From: Spirochaetia bacterium
GTDB taxonomy: Bacteria > Spirochaetota > Spirochaetia > WTKD01 > G963693115
Reading direction: 5' to 3'
Assembly (NCBI GenBank): GCA_965226055.1
Contig: CBDDCA010000005.1
Location: forward strand, 662,940 to 726,939
Length of the DNA stretch: 64,000 nucleotides
Shown here: one piece after another, positions 20,761 through 32,200 of the stretch
Layout of the letters: each line of letters opens with the position of its first letter
Numbering within the stretch: the first letter of the stretch is position 1
Made by a program: the position numbers and the translations under genes
Notes under the pieces: generated by a model
Seen by the model: only the letters and a program-made list of their open reading frames with translations
Databases searched by the model: none
Told to the model about the DNA's origin: nothing

Positions 20761-21408
20761 TTAGCGTGAAAATATTTGACGATAGGGATCTATACGATGC
20801 CGAACTAACAGATACACCCACGCTACTGCTATCCCAAAAAGATGCGTAAGATATGCTACATTGCTTCTACTTCCTTGCCCTGTTAATAATAATAACTGCA
20901 TACCAATATAAATAACAATAAGTATCTTTGCTTTTACAGGAAAAAGACCAAAAACATAGAGCTGTGCATTTGGGTACAATGTAGCAAACACTAGCAGTAC
21001 CCCATAGATTGCTCCAGATGCCCCTAGTAAAAATACATTCATAGTGCCTGTTGCATAAAATACAAGTAAAGAAAGTATTCCTGATAAAATACCTGTGCTT
21101 AAATATAACACAAGAAATTCATCTGATCCCCATTGTCGTTCTATTATTGTTCCAAAAAAGTATAACCCTAGCATATTAAACAGAATATGCCCAAAATCTG
21201 CATGGATGAACATATATGTTATGGGAGTCCACACAAAAAAATTGCGTAAAAACAAAAATGGTTGTACTGCAAGAAAATTTATAGACACAGGAAATAGTTG
21301 TGTTCCTATAAACACAACTATGTTAATAATAAGTAACACTTGTACCGTAGAACGTCTGCGAGATCGATATGGTAAAGGAGTACGAATATAACGTAAAAAT
21401 AGATTCAT
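20761..21408 (-). CDS. Rhomboid intramembrane serine protease
   Basis: HILFNM, GASGA, HLFG. Confidence 0.92.
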   Translation of the reverse strand: MNLFLRYIRTPLPYRSRRRSTVQVLLIINIVVFIGTQLFPVSINFLAVQPFLFLRNFFVWTPITYMFIHADFGHILFNMLGLYFFGTIIERQWGSDEFLVLYLSTGILSGILSLLVFYATGTMNVFLLGASGAIYGVLLVFATLYPNAQLYVFGLFPVKAKILIVIYIGMQLLLLTGQGSRSNVAYLTHLFGIAVAWVYLLVRHRIDPYRQIFSR

Positions 21409-21510
21409 AAAATTTTCTTTCTTCCTTATGTTTGTCTTATAGTATACATATATTATATATTTTTTCCCTACTTTTCATTGTATCCTGATAGCAACTATGG
21501 TACTGTATGC

Positions 21511-22200
21511 CTAATGAGATTGCAATCTATTATACAGTACTTCTACTATAGCGAGAGGCGTAATATTTTTTTCAACAGCGTATACCCATAGATGATACAA
21601 TACATCTGCTGCTTCGTTACAAATTTCTTCCTCACTTTTTGCTAATAGTAGCTCTATAGCTTCCTCTCCGAGTTTCTTTTTAATTTTTTCTTCCCCTTTA
21701 GAAAATAAATACGAACTATACGATCCTTCAGGCATATGTGCTTTTCTTTCTAACAAAAGATTATGCAATGTCTCAAGAACAGAATACATCTGTTGCGAAG
21801 CTGCTGTCTTGACAGTAGCTTCGCCTGACGATTGTGGTTGCACCGTTGTCTGTTGTTGTGCTGTTTGTTCTTGCAATGGAGGCTTCTGTTGTATGGCACT
21901 ATGAGAAGATGCTTTTCGCTGCTTTATGTTCACATACATTTCTTTACTAAAAGAGGTATATGCTTCTATCCATGGATAATTACTCTGTGTTTCATCTGTT
22001 ATAGCAGTAATTTCTACTTCGGGTATATTAGCTACTACTTTCTGTGTTGTAGGATGTACTATCCAAAGCTGTTTTGTTTCTGTTGTCTTCTCGAATGCCT
22101 TTTTATTCATCATACATATATCTAAAATATCGGTAGCATTTCTCAGAATAAGAGGAACAAGTGTATTGGATGTTGCTTTTGTAGCAAATGACGATATCAT
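21511..22200 (-). CDS. hisE: Phosphoribosyl-ATP diphosphatase HisE with degenerate HisI-like N-terminus
   Basis: PEGSYSSYLF, KKLGEEAIE, EAADVLYH. Confidence 0.85.
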   Translation of the reverse strand: MISSFATKATSNTLVPLILRNATDILDICMMNKKAFEKTTETKQLWIVHPTTQKVVANIPEVEITAITDETQSNYPWIEAYTSFSKEMYVNIKQRKASSHSAIQQKPPLQEQTAQQQTTVQPQSSGEATVKTAASQQMYSVLETLHNLLLERKAHMPEGSYSSYLFSKGEEKIKKKLGEEAIELLLAKSEEEICNEAADVLYHLWVYAVEKNITPLAIVEVLYNRLQSH

Positions 22201-22205
22201 TTTTT

Positions 22206-22952
22206 CTATAGAGAACTGGGGGATGGATACTTTTGTAACAGTTCTTTTATATTAACCTTATTCTCATATATGGCTTTGCCAATAATAACCCCTACTATAT
22301 TTTTATGTCCTTGTGCAACGACTGTTTCTATGTGTTGAGGTGAACCAATACCTCCCCCTATAATCACAGGAATGCTCGTTTGTTCTGCCACAGTGTTTGA
22401 AAATGCAATGTCAATGCCTTCTAATGTTCCATCATTGTTGACATCAGTAAAGTTCACTGCCTTAAAAGCATAATTATCAATAACTTTGAGTAATTCCTGA
22501 TAATCAACATGACTGTCTTCTTTCCATCCAGAAATTTGGATTTTTTTGTCTCGCATGTCTAGTGAAGCAATGAAATCAACATTATATTTTATTATCCAAG
22601 ATACTACCCGAAAGAAATCATTCAGTAATACCGAACCAAGCACAAGTCGTTTCACTCCAATACTCATAAGCTGTTTTACATCAGTCTTGGTACGAATTCC
22701 TCCTCCTACTTCAATAGTACACTGTGGCACTGCTTTACAAATCTCTTCTATAGTATCTCGATTGTTTCCTTGCTGTATGCTTGCATCTAAGTCAACTACA
22801 TGAATTATTTTAGCACCGTAGTCAACATACTCTTTCGCAACATCAACGGGATCACCACTATATTCAGTCTTTGAATCAAAGTTTCCTTTTGTAAGACGAA
22901 CACATTTACCATTACTAATATCAATAGCTGGTATAAGCATTATATTATTCAT
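22206..22952 (-). CDS. hisA: ProFAR isomerase
   Basis: IPAIDISNGKCVRL, HVVDLD, VGGGIR, DGTLEG. Confidence 0.92.
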   Translation of the reverse strand: MNNIMLIPAIDISNGKCVRLTKGNFDSKTEYSGDPVDVAKEYVDYGAKIIHVVDLDASIQQGNNRDTIEEICKAVPQCTIEVGGGIRTKTDVKQLMSIGVKRLVLGSVLLNDFFRVVSWIIKYNVDFIASLDMRDKKIQISGWKEDSHVDYQELLKVIDNYAFKAVNFTDVNNDGTLEGIDIAFSNTVAEQTSIPVIIGGGIGSPQHIETVVAQGHKNIVGVIIGKAIYENKVNIKELLQKYPSPSSL

Positions 22953-22980
22953 ATTTTATTCCCCTTTATATTAAAACATA

Positions 22981-24231
22981 TTAAAAAATTGCAGTAGCAA
23001 GGTAATCATCCACCGTTTCAGCACGACGGACAAGTTCAGTAGATCCATCACTATGCACTAGTATTTCTGCACTTCTCAGTTTACCATTGTAATTAAATCC
23101 CATTGCATGTCCATGTGCTCCTGCATCGTGAATAATAACAATATCATCTCTCTCTATCGTTGGGAGTGTTCTGTTAATGGCAAACTTATCGTTATTTTCA
23201 CATAATCCACCGGTGACATCATATACATGATCGTGCGGAAGCTGTTCTTTCTCTAGTACTGTTATATGATGATATGCTCCGTACATGCCAGGACGCATCA
23301 GATTGGACATACATGCATCAAGCCCTACATATTGCTTATATATGTTCTTTTTATGGAGTACTTTGCTAATAAGGTATCCATACGGGCCTGTTATCACTCT
23401 TCCATTTTCCATAAAAATATGAATGTCATCGCATCCTGATGCTTTCAAAATGCTATGATATGCGTTCTTAATGCCTTCAGAAATGTGTGTATAGTCCACT
23501 CGTTTTTCTTCTGGTGTATAGGGAATTCCTATCCCTCCCCCTAGGTTCACAAACTCTATGCATACTCCCGTTTTTTCTCGTATTTCAACAATAAGGGTGA
23601 ACAACATGGCAGCGGTTTCTACAAAATAATCGGGGTTTAGCTCATTTGATGCTACCATAGTGTGTAATCCAAAATGGCGTATCCCTTGTTCTTTTGATCT
23701 TGTATATGCTTCAAATATCTGCTCTCTTGTAAGGCCATATTTTGCTTCTTCAGGGTTGCCAATAATAACATTTCCTTGTTTTAGTGGACCAGGGTTATAG
23801 CGAAAACAGAGAGTGTCAGGCAAGGCATGCGAAAAATGTGCTAAAAGAAAATCAAGCAAACTTATATCGTCAAGGTTAATAATAGCACCAAGCTCTAGGG
23901 CTTTTTGCAGATCCTTAAACGGAGTGTTATTTGATGTAAACATTATCTGCTTTCCTCGTATCCCAAGTTTTTCCATCAACACTAATTCACTATACGAGCT
24001 ACAATCCATGTTCATACCATTTTTGTACAACATGCTCAGTATTTTAGGGGTAGGAGTTGCTTTTACTGCAAAAAAATTCTTAAATGCAGCATGCCATGAA
24101 AATGCAGAATATAGCTCACTAATATTGTCACATATTCCTTTTTCATCATACAGATATAATGGAGTCTCATATGTATTGACTAATTCTTTTATAACATCAT
24201 TTGAAAAAGGGATAAGCTTAGTACCTTGCAT
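22981..24231 (-). CDS. lysA: Diaminopimelate decarboxylase
   Basis: FAVKAT, NLGGG, ENGR, GGLCENND, MGFNYNG. Confidence 0.93.
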   Translation of the reverse strand: MQGTKLIPFSNDVIKELVNTYETPLYLYDEKGICDNISELYSAFSWHAAFKNFFAVKATPTPKILSMLYKNGMNMDCSSYSELVLMEKLGIRGKQIMFTSNNTPFKDLQKALELGAIINLDDISLLDFLLAHFSHALPDTLCFRYNPGPLKQGNVIIGNPEEAKYGLTREQIFEAYTRSKEQGIRHFGLHTMVASNELNPDYFVETAAMLFTLIVEIREKTGVCIEFVNLGGGIGIPYTPEEKRVDYTHISEGIKNAYHSILKASGCDDIHIFMENGRVITGPYGYLISKVLHKKNIYKQYVGLDACMSNLMRPGMYGAYHHITVLEKEQLPHDHVYDVTGGLCENNDKFAINRTLPTIERDDIVIIHDAGAHGHAMGFNYNGKLRSAEILVHSDGSTELVRRAETVDDYLATAIF

Positions 24232-24321
24232 ATTATTATTGTATTAAAGATATAATTTTATTTCAATTATGTAGAGGGTGGGAAATTATATACTATTATA
24301 CAAATATACCAAGAGATTATG

Positions 24322-24813
24322 TTATGCCTTAAATCCTAATCTCAAACTCATTGATATATATGATACATTAAATTTTTTTGCTAATGTTTCTATACCTTCT
24401 GTATCATAGTTAGACTCTTCAGCAAGGGGCATAAGTATATCATATGGCATAAGTATATCAGCTGCCAAGCGATCGGCTTCTAATTCTAAATAATTGTATA
24501 GATTACTTTTATAGAGACCAGTGTCTACTATGCCATTGTTTTCTCTAATCCTGTCTCTATGCAATATATAGTGAGCTATTTCATGTGCTATTGTAAAACG
24601 TTGTCTTGTGTTTGGATGATGAGTATTTACCACTATTCTATATTCTTTGTGTTCTTCGTTGTAATATATCTTTCCTGATATATTGTACTCAAAATCTTTT
24701 GTACCAAATACTTCAATTTTTAAGTCTTTAGTTATTCTTTCAAGATCTACAGGAATATTATGCTTGCTTTTGTGTATACTACCCAAATATTTTAAAAAAT
24801 TATCATATGTCAT
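24322..24813 (-). CDS. ImmA/IrrE-family (M78) metallopeptidase
   Basis: RQRFTIAHEIAH; ELEADRLAADILMP. Confidence 0.88.
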   Translation of the reverse strand: MTYDNFLKYLGSIHKSKHNIPVDLERITKDLKIEVFGTKDFEYNISGKIYYNEEHKEYRIVVNTHHPNTRQRFTIAHEIAHYILHRDRIRENNGIVDTGLYKSNLYNYLELEADRLAADILMPYDILMPLAEESNYDTEGIETLAKKFNVSYISMSLRLGFKA

Positions 24814-24828
24814 ATTTCATTATTCCTC

Positions 24829-25263
24829 CTATTTTTTAAAATATTTTTCTTCATCAGTTTTATCTTTTGAAGAAACATTAATTTTATCTAAAACATCTTT
24901 TACTATTTTTTCTATCTCAGGTGCTATATTATTGTTTATCTTATCTTCCACAGTTGCTTGCACTATTTTTTCTACAGTGTCTTTTGCTGTTTTTTCTGCG
25001 GTTTCTTGTGCTGTTTTTTGTAATCCTTTCCAACCAATAAACGCAACTATACCTCCACCTAATGCAAGAGCTGTTAAAATTATTCCAAGTAATGTTATTT
25101 GTAAACTTATTGCATCAGCACTACTAAAATCTGATTTTAGCTCTTTGTAAGTGAAATTAAATTTCATATAAGCAAGAACAATAACAGATATAAACAGGAA
25201 GAAAATTATTATAGAGGTAATAAATAACAACCCTGAAAATTTTGATTCACCCTTATCTGCCAT
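24829..25263 (-). CDS. Hypothetical 2-TM protein with coiled-coil tail
   Basis: Two hydrophobic helices; TAQETAEKTAKDTVEKIVQATVEDKI repeats; AGGAG RBS. Confidence 0.7.
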   Translation of the reverse strand: MADKGESKFSGLLFITSIIIFFLFISVIVLAYMKFNFTYKELKSDFSSADAISLQITLLGIILTALALGGGIVAFIGWKGLQKTAQETAEKTAKDTVEKIVQATVEDKINNNIAPEIEKIVKDVLDKINVSSKDKTDEEKYFKK

Positions 25264-25304
25264 ATATTTCTCCTAAACTAATTAGACTTATATATTATAA
25301 CATG

Positions 25305-25402
25305 TTTTTTTATTTTTGCTTGCTCTTTTTTTGCTCCTTTGTCGCAATTAGTCCTTGAATCCGCAATGCTGTGAGTGCATGCGTTCAAGCTCCCCCCAAA
25401 CC
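25305..25402 (+). repeat. Dispersed intergenic repeat, longest copy, with imperfect hairpin 25354-25389
   Basis: TTTTATTTTTGCTTGCTCTTTTTTTGCTCCTTTGTCGCAATTAGTCCTTGAATCCGCA; similar at 51631-51689 and 49992-50050 (rc). Confidence 0.8.
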
Positions 25403-25474
25403 ACCTCCTCTTTTAAGGTGAGGCTATCATGTATACTATATGTACAATATATACAATAATTATATATAGAGTAC

Positions 25475-28400
25475 ATGCACGTTATTTATCATACTACCAC
25501 TAACAAGTTTTTCTTATACAGCATTGCATCATTCCTCTGTAAGTGGGGAGCATCAAGATTTCGCTATGGCATGTATATTGTATTCCTATATTGTTCAGTG
25601 ACTGTAGTCGCACTTGTGCCTCCAGAAGACAAGATAACACAGTACACTCCGTCTCTCACTGCATGGAAACAGGAGCCTCCTTATCAAGGCTGGGTAAGAA
25701 AAGACACAACATATTTTACCTATATCTTTGAACAGAAAGATATGGCAATAGTAGATGATTTAGAAGCTGTAGTGAAAGAATACGCTCAGCCACTCCAAGA
25801 GTTATTTGAACATTATATTCGCTCATCAGAAAAAGTACATATCATTATTGATGGAAGAGCAGGATATAGCAATGGTTCTTATCGCTCAGTCCCTCCTGAG
25901 ATTCGGCTTCACACCTATGCTATGGGAATAAGTGGTAAGAATACAAGCTGGATACAATTTCTCTTTTTACATGAATTTGCCCATTACCTTCACTTATACT
26001 ATCCATCAGGATTAGGACATTTTTTTTCTTATATTTTTGGGCCAATCGCTAAAAGTATTCCTACTTTGTTTACTCCTAAATGGCTTATTGAAGGAATTGG
26101 AGTATATATAGAAAGTGCTTATTCCAACGTAGGAAGATTACATAACCCTTTTTTTATGTTACCAATGCGTGCTGATATTTTACTTGACACGCTGTTACCG
26201 TATTCAATATCACGACTAAATACCTCCTTTGAATTTCAATATGGAAGAATATACCTTTATGGGAGTTTTTTGTTTCGCTATATACAACAACAGTATGGCT
26301 TTGATACTTTTATTGAATTATGGCGTGAATATTTGAATGCTCCTTTCTTATTTGAAACTGCAGTAAAAAACAAATTAGGAAAAAGTTTACAAAGCATTCA
26401 CAAAGATATGCAAGCTACTCTTTATGCACAATATCTTAAAGAATCGGGATATTTTCCTCGCGGTACAATGCTAGAAACAACTATCCTTCCAAGCGATAAG
26501 CTCTCCTTAGTGGCTACCACTGATAAAGGAAGCATATATTACAAACAAGGAAATGAAGAGCCTAGTGGCTTTCTATTGCTTTCAAAAGATACTATGCAAG
26601 AACAAAGATTGCTTAGCATCTCTGCAGCCACTACATTTTTTGGAACAGGCAGTGCCAATGCCACAAAAGATGGCAATACACTTGTCTTTGTTGCAAGAAC
26701 CTATAATGCAGGAGCAACTACCGCTCTTAGTAATGTAAGCTACAATGGTTACATAAGCTACTTTAATGATCTGTACACTTATTCAATAGAATCAGATACT
26801 TTCAAACAAATATCACAGAAACAACAGCTCTCTATGCCTAGTATAAGCAACGATGCTTCCTTTATTGTCGCTACTAAAAAAGATACTGCATATAATTCAT
26901 TGATTAAAGTAGATATGACAACATATCAACAAGGCTACGAAATTCTGTATACAGCTCCTTCGTCTGAAATACTTGATAAAGACATATCTCCACACAACAA
27001 ATATGTCGCATTCATTGAGAAAAACACACGCGAAGGCACAAGTATAGCTATACTCGATATTACAACTAAACAGCGTACCTCTCTACTACAAACTGATACT
27101 ATGCTATTTTATGATCTACGGTTTATCAACAATACTACCGTTCAGTTTAGCTCTAATATAGAACATCCTCATACTGTTATGCAACTCTACAGATTTGATA
27201 TAGAAAAACAACAACTCTCACGCATAGCCCAAGACAGCATTGGTATTGTCAGTGCCTTGCCAACACATGATGGTGGAATACTGTATCAATCAAACAGCGG
27301 AGAAGGGTTTGCTCTCTATCACTATACAAAACAGCATATTCAAGCCATGACACATGGAGTAGATATTAGTACTCTTGACACTGTAAGCATGCCGTACAGT
27401 AGCATTTCTCAAACAATTGATACTCTCCCTCTCTCTACAACATATGCAGCTTTCCCTTCTGTATTATCTTTTTTTCCTCATCGTGTTGCATATCTGCTAC
27501 CACTCTTTTTACTAAAATATGAAAATGCTACTACCAGCTTTTATCCTGGACTTGAATTACAACTGTTTAGCTCTAACAGTCTTTCAAACCTAAACATACG
27601 ATTTTTACAATACTTTGATACACGACAAACAAATATTCACTTTCAGCCTATATACAATATAACATATGGATATTCCATTCGTCCTATAGGAGATATACTT
27701 ATTTCATCGTCCCGTGCCATTCAATATGCTCCTGTATCAGAAGCCTATCTTACACAATATCAAAATACATTTTCTTATGGGAGATTATTATGGAGCGATA
27801 TACACAATAATCGACTAAAGCTGATAGCAAATACTACTATACGCTCCATAGTCTTTACTCCTATAAGTCTGAGATTAGCAGAAAGCTATGCCATAGAAAA
27901 CTCTCTGTCTTTCCAAAAATTTGGACTTCGCCTACAATACTCTGGAAAAAGCACTGCTTCATCAATACGATACCCTTTATCATGGAATGTTGAGATTGGT
28001 TCATACTACTACCCTCCTTATTGGGAAAGTAGCTATCATCAATATGTATACTCATTGAGTTCTCATATTCGTGTTCCTTTACAAAAATACTTTGCTATAA
28101 AAATAAGCAATAAAAGTACTCTTTCCAATAGTACACAGTTTACATCAGAACAACAGCTTCATCGTCTCAATCGAATAGATACTATTACTCTCATACGTAG
28201 TTCACAAACAGTACTGCTGGGCTATGATACTGCCTTCAGTAATAGCCCTTTTAAGTCAATATGGTCATTAGATCTTATTATTCCCTTAGGCTACAATGAT
28301 AGGCTAGGGAGTTACACCATACAGCCCTATGCTTTCTTTTTAAGTATATACACCGACCATAGCTTTGCAATAGATAATAGTGGTCATGCCATGCAAAGTT

Positions 28401-28543
28401 CCTATTATGATGTTGGGATAGAAAACAACATACAGTTTACTATAGGAGGAATCAATACATCAATAAGTGCAGGAGGATTATTTCGCATACCGTATGATGC
28501 ACAAAAACTAGATTATAGGCTCTATATTTTATTTGGCAATTAA
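25475..28543 (+). CDS. Large exported protein: gluzincin-like HExxH domain, TolB-like propeller, probable C-terminal beta-barrel
   Basis: LHEFAH..PKWLIEG; PD40-like repeats (PSISNDA, DISPHN); true start may be downstream. Confidence 0.6.
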   Translation: MHVIYHTTTNKFFLYSIASFLCKWGASRFRYGMYIVFLYCSVTVVALVPPEDKITQYTPSLTAWKQEPPYQGWVRKDTTYFTYIFEQKDMAIVDDLEAVVKEYAQPLQELFEHYIRSSEKVHIIIDGRAGYSNGSYRSVPPEIRLHTYAMGISGKNTSWIQFLFLHEFAHYLHLYYPSGLGHFFSYIFGPIAKSIPTLFTPKWLIEGIGVYIESAYSNVGRLHNPFFMLPMRADILLDTLLPYSISRLNTSFEFQYGRIYLYGSFLFRYIQQQYGFDTFIELWREYLNAPFLFETAVKNKLGKSLQSIHKDMQATLYAQYLKESGYFPRGTMLETTILPSDKLSLVATTDKGSIYYKQGNEEPSGFLLLSKDTMQEQRLLSISAATTFFGTGSANATKDGNTLVFVARTYNAGATTALSNVSYNGYISYFNDLYTYSIESDTFKQISQKQQLSMPSISNDASFIVATKKDTAYNSLIKVDMTTYQQGYEILYTAPSSEILDKDISPHNKYVAFIEKNTREGTSIAILDITTKQRTSLLQTDTMLFYDLRFINNTTVQFSSNIEHPHTVMQLYRFDIEKQQLSRIAQDSIGIVSALPTHDGGILYQSNSGEGFALYHYTKQHIQAMTHGVDISTLDTVSMPYSSISQTIDTLPLSTTYAAFPSVLSFFPHRVAYLLPLFLLKYENATTSFYPGLELQLFSSNSLSNLNIRFLQYFDTRQTNIHFQPIYNITYGYSIRPIGDILISSSRAIQYAPVSEAYLTQYQNTFSYGRLLWSDIHNNRLKLIANTTIRSIVFTPISLRLAESYAIENSLSFQKFGLRLQYSGKSTASSIRYPLSWNVEIGSYYYPPYWESSYHQYVYSLSSHIRVPLQKYFAIKISNKSTLSNSTQFTSEQQLHRLNRIDTITLIRSSQTVLLGYDTAFSNSPFKSIWSLDLIIPLGYNDRLGSYTIQPYAFFLSIYTDHSFAIDNSGHAMQSSYYDVGIENNIQFTIGGINTSISAGGLFRIPYDAQKLDYRLYILFGN

Positions 28544-28611
28544 CAACATACACAACATACTAAACAACAATTACAAAAGAAATAGCACATACATATCAAT
28601 AGCACTGCTAT

Positions 28612-29043
28612 TTATACACCAATCACACCCTTTTTGAGAATTATATTACCGTATTTAACAAGCTCCCCTGTTACTACCACCGCATATGCCTGCTTTGCTC
28701 TATCATAAAAATCAAAGCGTTCAATAAATGCTATAGGAGGACAATCATTATAGTATTCATCAATAGCCTGCCTGTACCGTTGCTCTATTGCAGGATCTGC
28801 ACTGTCTCCTTGTACCGCTTGCATCATATGTACTGGGGCTTCCACAAAGGTATCAAGTGGAAACAAAGGCAATAGTGCATGCAACAATGGAGCAATTTGT
28901 ACACCATCTGCACGTAAACAAGTAGTGTTCATGGTAACACCGGGAAAATTAGCATCCGCAAGAACAATTTCATCACCATGCCCCATACTATGTAAAACAA
29001 ACAACAGTTCAGGGCTTAGTAATGGAGATATTCCTTGTAACAT
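28612..29043 (-). CDS. fucU: RbsD/FucU-family mutarotase
   Basis: MGHGDEIVLADANFP, ERFDFY, YGNIILKKGV. Confidence 0.88.
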   Translation of the reverse strand: MLQGISPLLSPELLFVLHSMGHGDEIVLADANFPGVTMNTTCLRADGVQIAPLLHALLPLFPLDTFVEAPVHMMQAVQGDSADPAIEQRYRQAIDEYYNDCPPIAFIERFDFYDRAKQAYAVVVTGELVKYGNIILKKGVIGV

Positions 29044-29196
29044 ATCTTTCTCCTTTCTTTTATTCTAAACAAATAGAGAAAATACTGCAAATGTCTCAAT
29101 ATCCAATATAGCCATTATGCGAGTCCATTTTTGGACTGTTACTCTCTCGTATGCTCATAGAGATACTGCAGTAAATCCCTTAATGCTCTTAAGGTT

Positions 29197-29232
29197 CTAT
29201 AGTAAGAAAGGAGCTATCCTTTCTTGCTATAG
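29197..29232 (-). terminator. 16-bp stem hairpin downstream of lipoprotein gene
   Basis: CTATAGTAAGAAAGGA-GCTA-TCCTTTCTTGCTATAG (one mismatch). Confidence 0.6.
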
Positions 29233-29252
29233 GTATTGTTTCTTATATTCTA

Positions 29253-32200
29253 CTATGAGCTACACTCTGCAGATCCTTTGAATTTTGGATACTTTGCTGT
29301 GTCACCATCCATAGCTGACCCAAAAAAAATTGTATTCAATTTCGAATATGTTATCTTACATACTTTCCATGATGATAAATCTTGATCAAAATTAGTAGCA
29401 CTCAAAAACATACTACTCATAATAGTTACTTTACTCACATCCCAATCTCCTATATCTTTATTAAAAGCACTTGCTTGAACAAACATTCTGTCTATACTAG
29501 TAACCTTACTCACATCCCAATCTCCTATGTCTTGATTAAAAACCTTTGCTCGAAGAAACATTCTGCTCATATTAGTAACCTTACTCACATCCCAGCTTCC
29601 TATATCTTGATTAAAACTACTTGCTTGAAAAAACATAGTCTCCATATCCATTACATTACTGGTATTCCACTGTGTTATGTCTCCATTAAAAGTACTATCA
29701 TCATTAAATAATTCACTCATATCAGTAATGGCACTGGTATCTATCATGTTGAGGTTGGGGCTATTGGTGTTTTGTCTCCCTGCTCCTTTTTCTGCAGTGA
29801 TAATATCTTGTAGTGCTTTCTTTGTTGTTGGTCTGTAATAGTTAGCTGATTGCCCTGCTAGTTTCACCAGCCCTGTTTCTACATTGATAGTCGCAAGCGC
29901 CTTTTGTCCCAAGTATGCTCCTGCAGAAGTAATGGTACACTCCACTACTCCATAGTTATACTCAGTTATAGCAGTATCATATATGTTTGATTTATTTGCT
30001 GTGCCTGTTATTGTTACTGTATTGGTATTTTTTGCAAATGTTACTGTTAGGCCTGTTTCTTCTTTGAGTGTACTGTTATCGTTATCTATTGTGCTTTCAT
30101 CACAGGTAAAGGTAAGTCCACTAGGACTGATACTGGTAAGTACTCTTGTTGTATTTTGTGCAAGTGCTGTGCCTACTGTTGCTGATACCTTTGTGGCGTT
30201 TCCTATCACTATTGTTATGCTGGCAGATACTGTTGTTGCTTCTGCTGATACTTTTGTCTTTTTAAGGCTGTTTACTGCTACTGCGGTGATATAGTACTTT
30301 GTATTCAATCGTAGGTTGCGTATTGTATAGCTTGTTGCTCCTGTTGGTACATCATCTTTTTCTGCTCCTTCTTGTGCATCGCTTGCTCCTTGTGCTTGTG
30401 TTTTTACTGTTGCTCCATCTATGTTTGTTTTTGAGGCTGCATAATACACTATATAGTCTATTTGATTATCTCTTAAATCAGTTCCTTCTGCTGTCGTTCC
30501 TTTTACGGTTGGGGCTGTTATGGTAAGTACTATGGTTGCTCCTTGTGCATTTGCTTGTATGGTGGGCTTTCCTGGTGCTGCATAGGCTTCTTTTGCTTCA
30601 AACTCCTTACGTAGCCCTGTTGCTTCTTTGTTGGTATCGGTGCTGTTTACTGCTTGCACTACTATTTCGTAAGTTGTGCCTACTGTCAATCCTGTCAGAG
30701 TGCTGTTGGGTGTGCCTGCTGCTACTGTTGTGGAGCTTCCTGCTGCTGTTTTTATTGCTGCTACGCTTTTTGCACTGCCACTTTTGGCTACTTTGTATAC
30801 TTTGTACGATACTTGTGCTACTGTTAGGGTGTCTCCTTTGTTTGTTTTGTGGCTTGCATTGAGTCTGGGGGCTGTCCACGATATTGTTGCGTTGCCTTCT
30901 GTTACTCCTCCTACTTGTATGTTGCTTACTTCTGCGGGAGCTGTCGCTTGTGATGCGGTTGTTACACTTGCCACTGTTGATACTGCTTTTTTGCTTGTGT
31001 CTGTTTTTACTGCTACTTCTACCACAAAGTGATACTTTGTTGCTCCTTTTATTGCTACTACTGGATCTGTATCTGCAGACAAGCCTAAACTGCTAAGGGC
31101 TGATACTGTGTACACTCCGCTACTTGCACTGCCTATGGTTACTTTTCTGCCTCTTTGTACTTCTGCTACTGTTGGAGTGCTGTCTTTCTGTAAGCCATAC
31201 ACTGTGTATACTAGCTCATCATTGCTTGTTACTGTTGTGCCATCTTTGTTTTTTGCTCCTGTTATTGTGCTTAACTGTGTGAGTACGAGCTTTATTGTTC
31301 CTACTGTGTTTGTTGAGGGTGATACTACCAGCTTGCCTGTTAAGGACGATGTTGGGGCTGTTGCTTTTGAGGTGGGAATAGTGCTTAATTCTAGTTTTTG
31401 TATCAGTGCGGGATCTTTGCTTTGTGCTTTCTTTGTCGCATAGGGATTGAGGCTGTTTATTGCTTCTATGCCTATGGTGTATACTGCTCCTTTTGTTCCT
31501 ATAAATGTTCCTCGTAAGCTGCTGTTTCCTGCTAGCTCTTGTGTTTGTACTCCTCCCATTGCTTTTATTTCCGCTATGCTTTTAGTACTCTGGTCTCCTG
31601 CTACTATGTATACTTTGTACTGTATTTGTGCTTGTGTGAGTTGTCTGTCGTTGGGTGCTTTGTGCTTACTGGTAATTGTTCCTTTTTGAAATTCGTACTG
31701 TACGGTATCGCTTGTTTGTGTTGATGTTTCGATAAACAGTGATAGGCTTTCTGGTGCTGGGGGAACAGTGGATACTGCATCATATACTGCTACTTTATCA
31801 GTGAGCGTTGTTGGGGGACTTACTCTGTTATTTTCTACTGTGAGAAAGGTAAAGCTATAGCTTTTTGCATTTGCTTGTGTTGAGGATACTTCTACGCCAT
31901 CTGCTATACCAAAGCTAATAGTGGTAGCTGTACTTGTTATGCTTTTTTCCGCTACCAAGTTTGTGCCATCTAACATACGCAGGGTGTAGTATCGTCCTAT
32001 GCCTGGAGATTGCTTAAAGGTTGCTTTTATTTGTATTGCTCCTGTTGTTGTAACTAGGGCAGGCTTGCTTTGAAAGAGATCTTCTGAGGGAGCTGTGAGT
32101 GAGTTGGGCGTAGTTATGTCTTTTGTGGCTTGTGTGCTTTTGTTTCCTGCATAGTCTATTGCTTGTATTGTTATGGTGTATGTTTTGCCTTGCGTGAGTT

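Noticed and set aside
25354-25389. Integron attC site
   Set aside because: Bulged hairpin present but no RYYYAAC/GTTRRRY boxes and no integrase
25381-25403. tRNA-like 3' end (GTTCAAG...ACCA) or att site
   Set aside because: No T-stem pairing or cloverleaf can be built
29364-29702. Diversity-generating retroelement VR/TR in DUF285 tips
   Set aside because: Differences are not adenine-restricted, unit number varies, and no reverse transcriptase or non-coding template is seen
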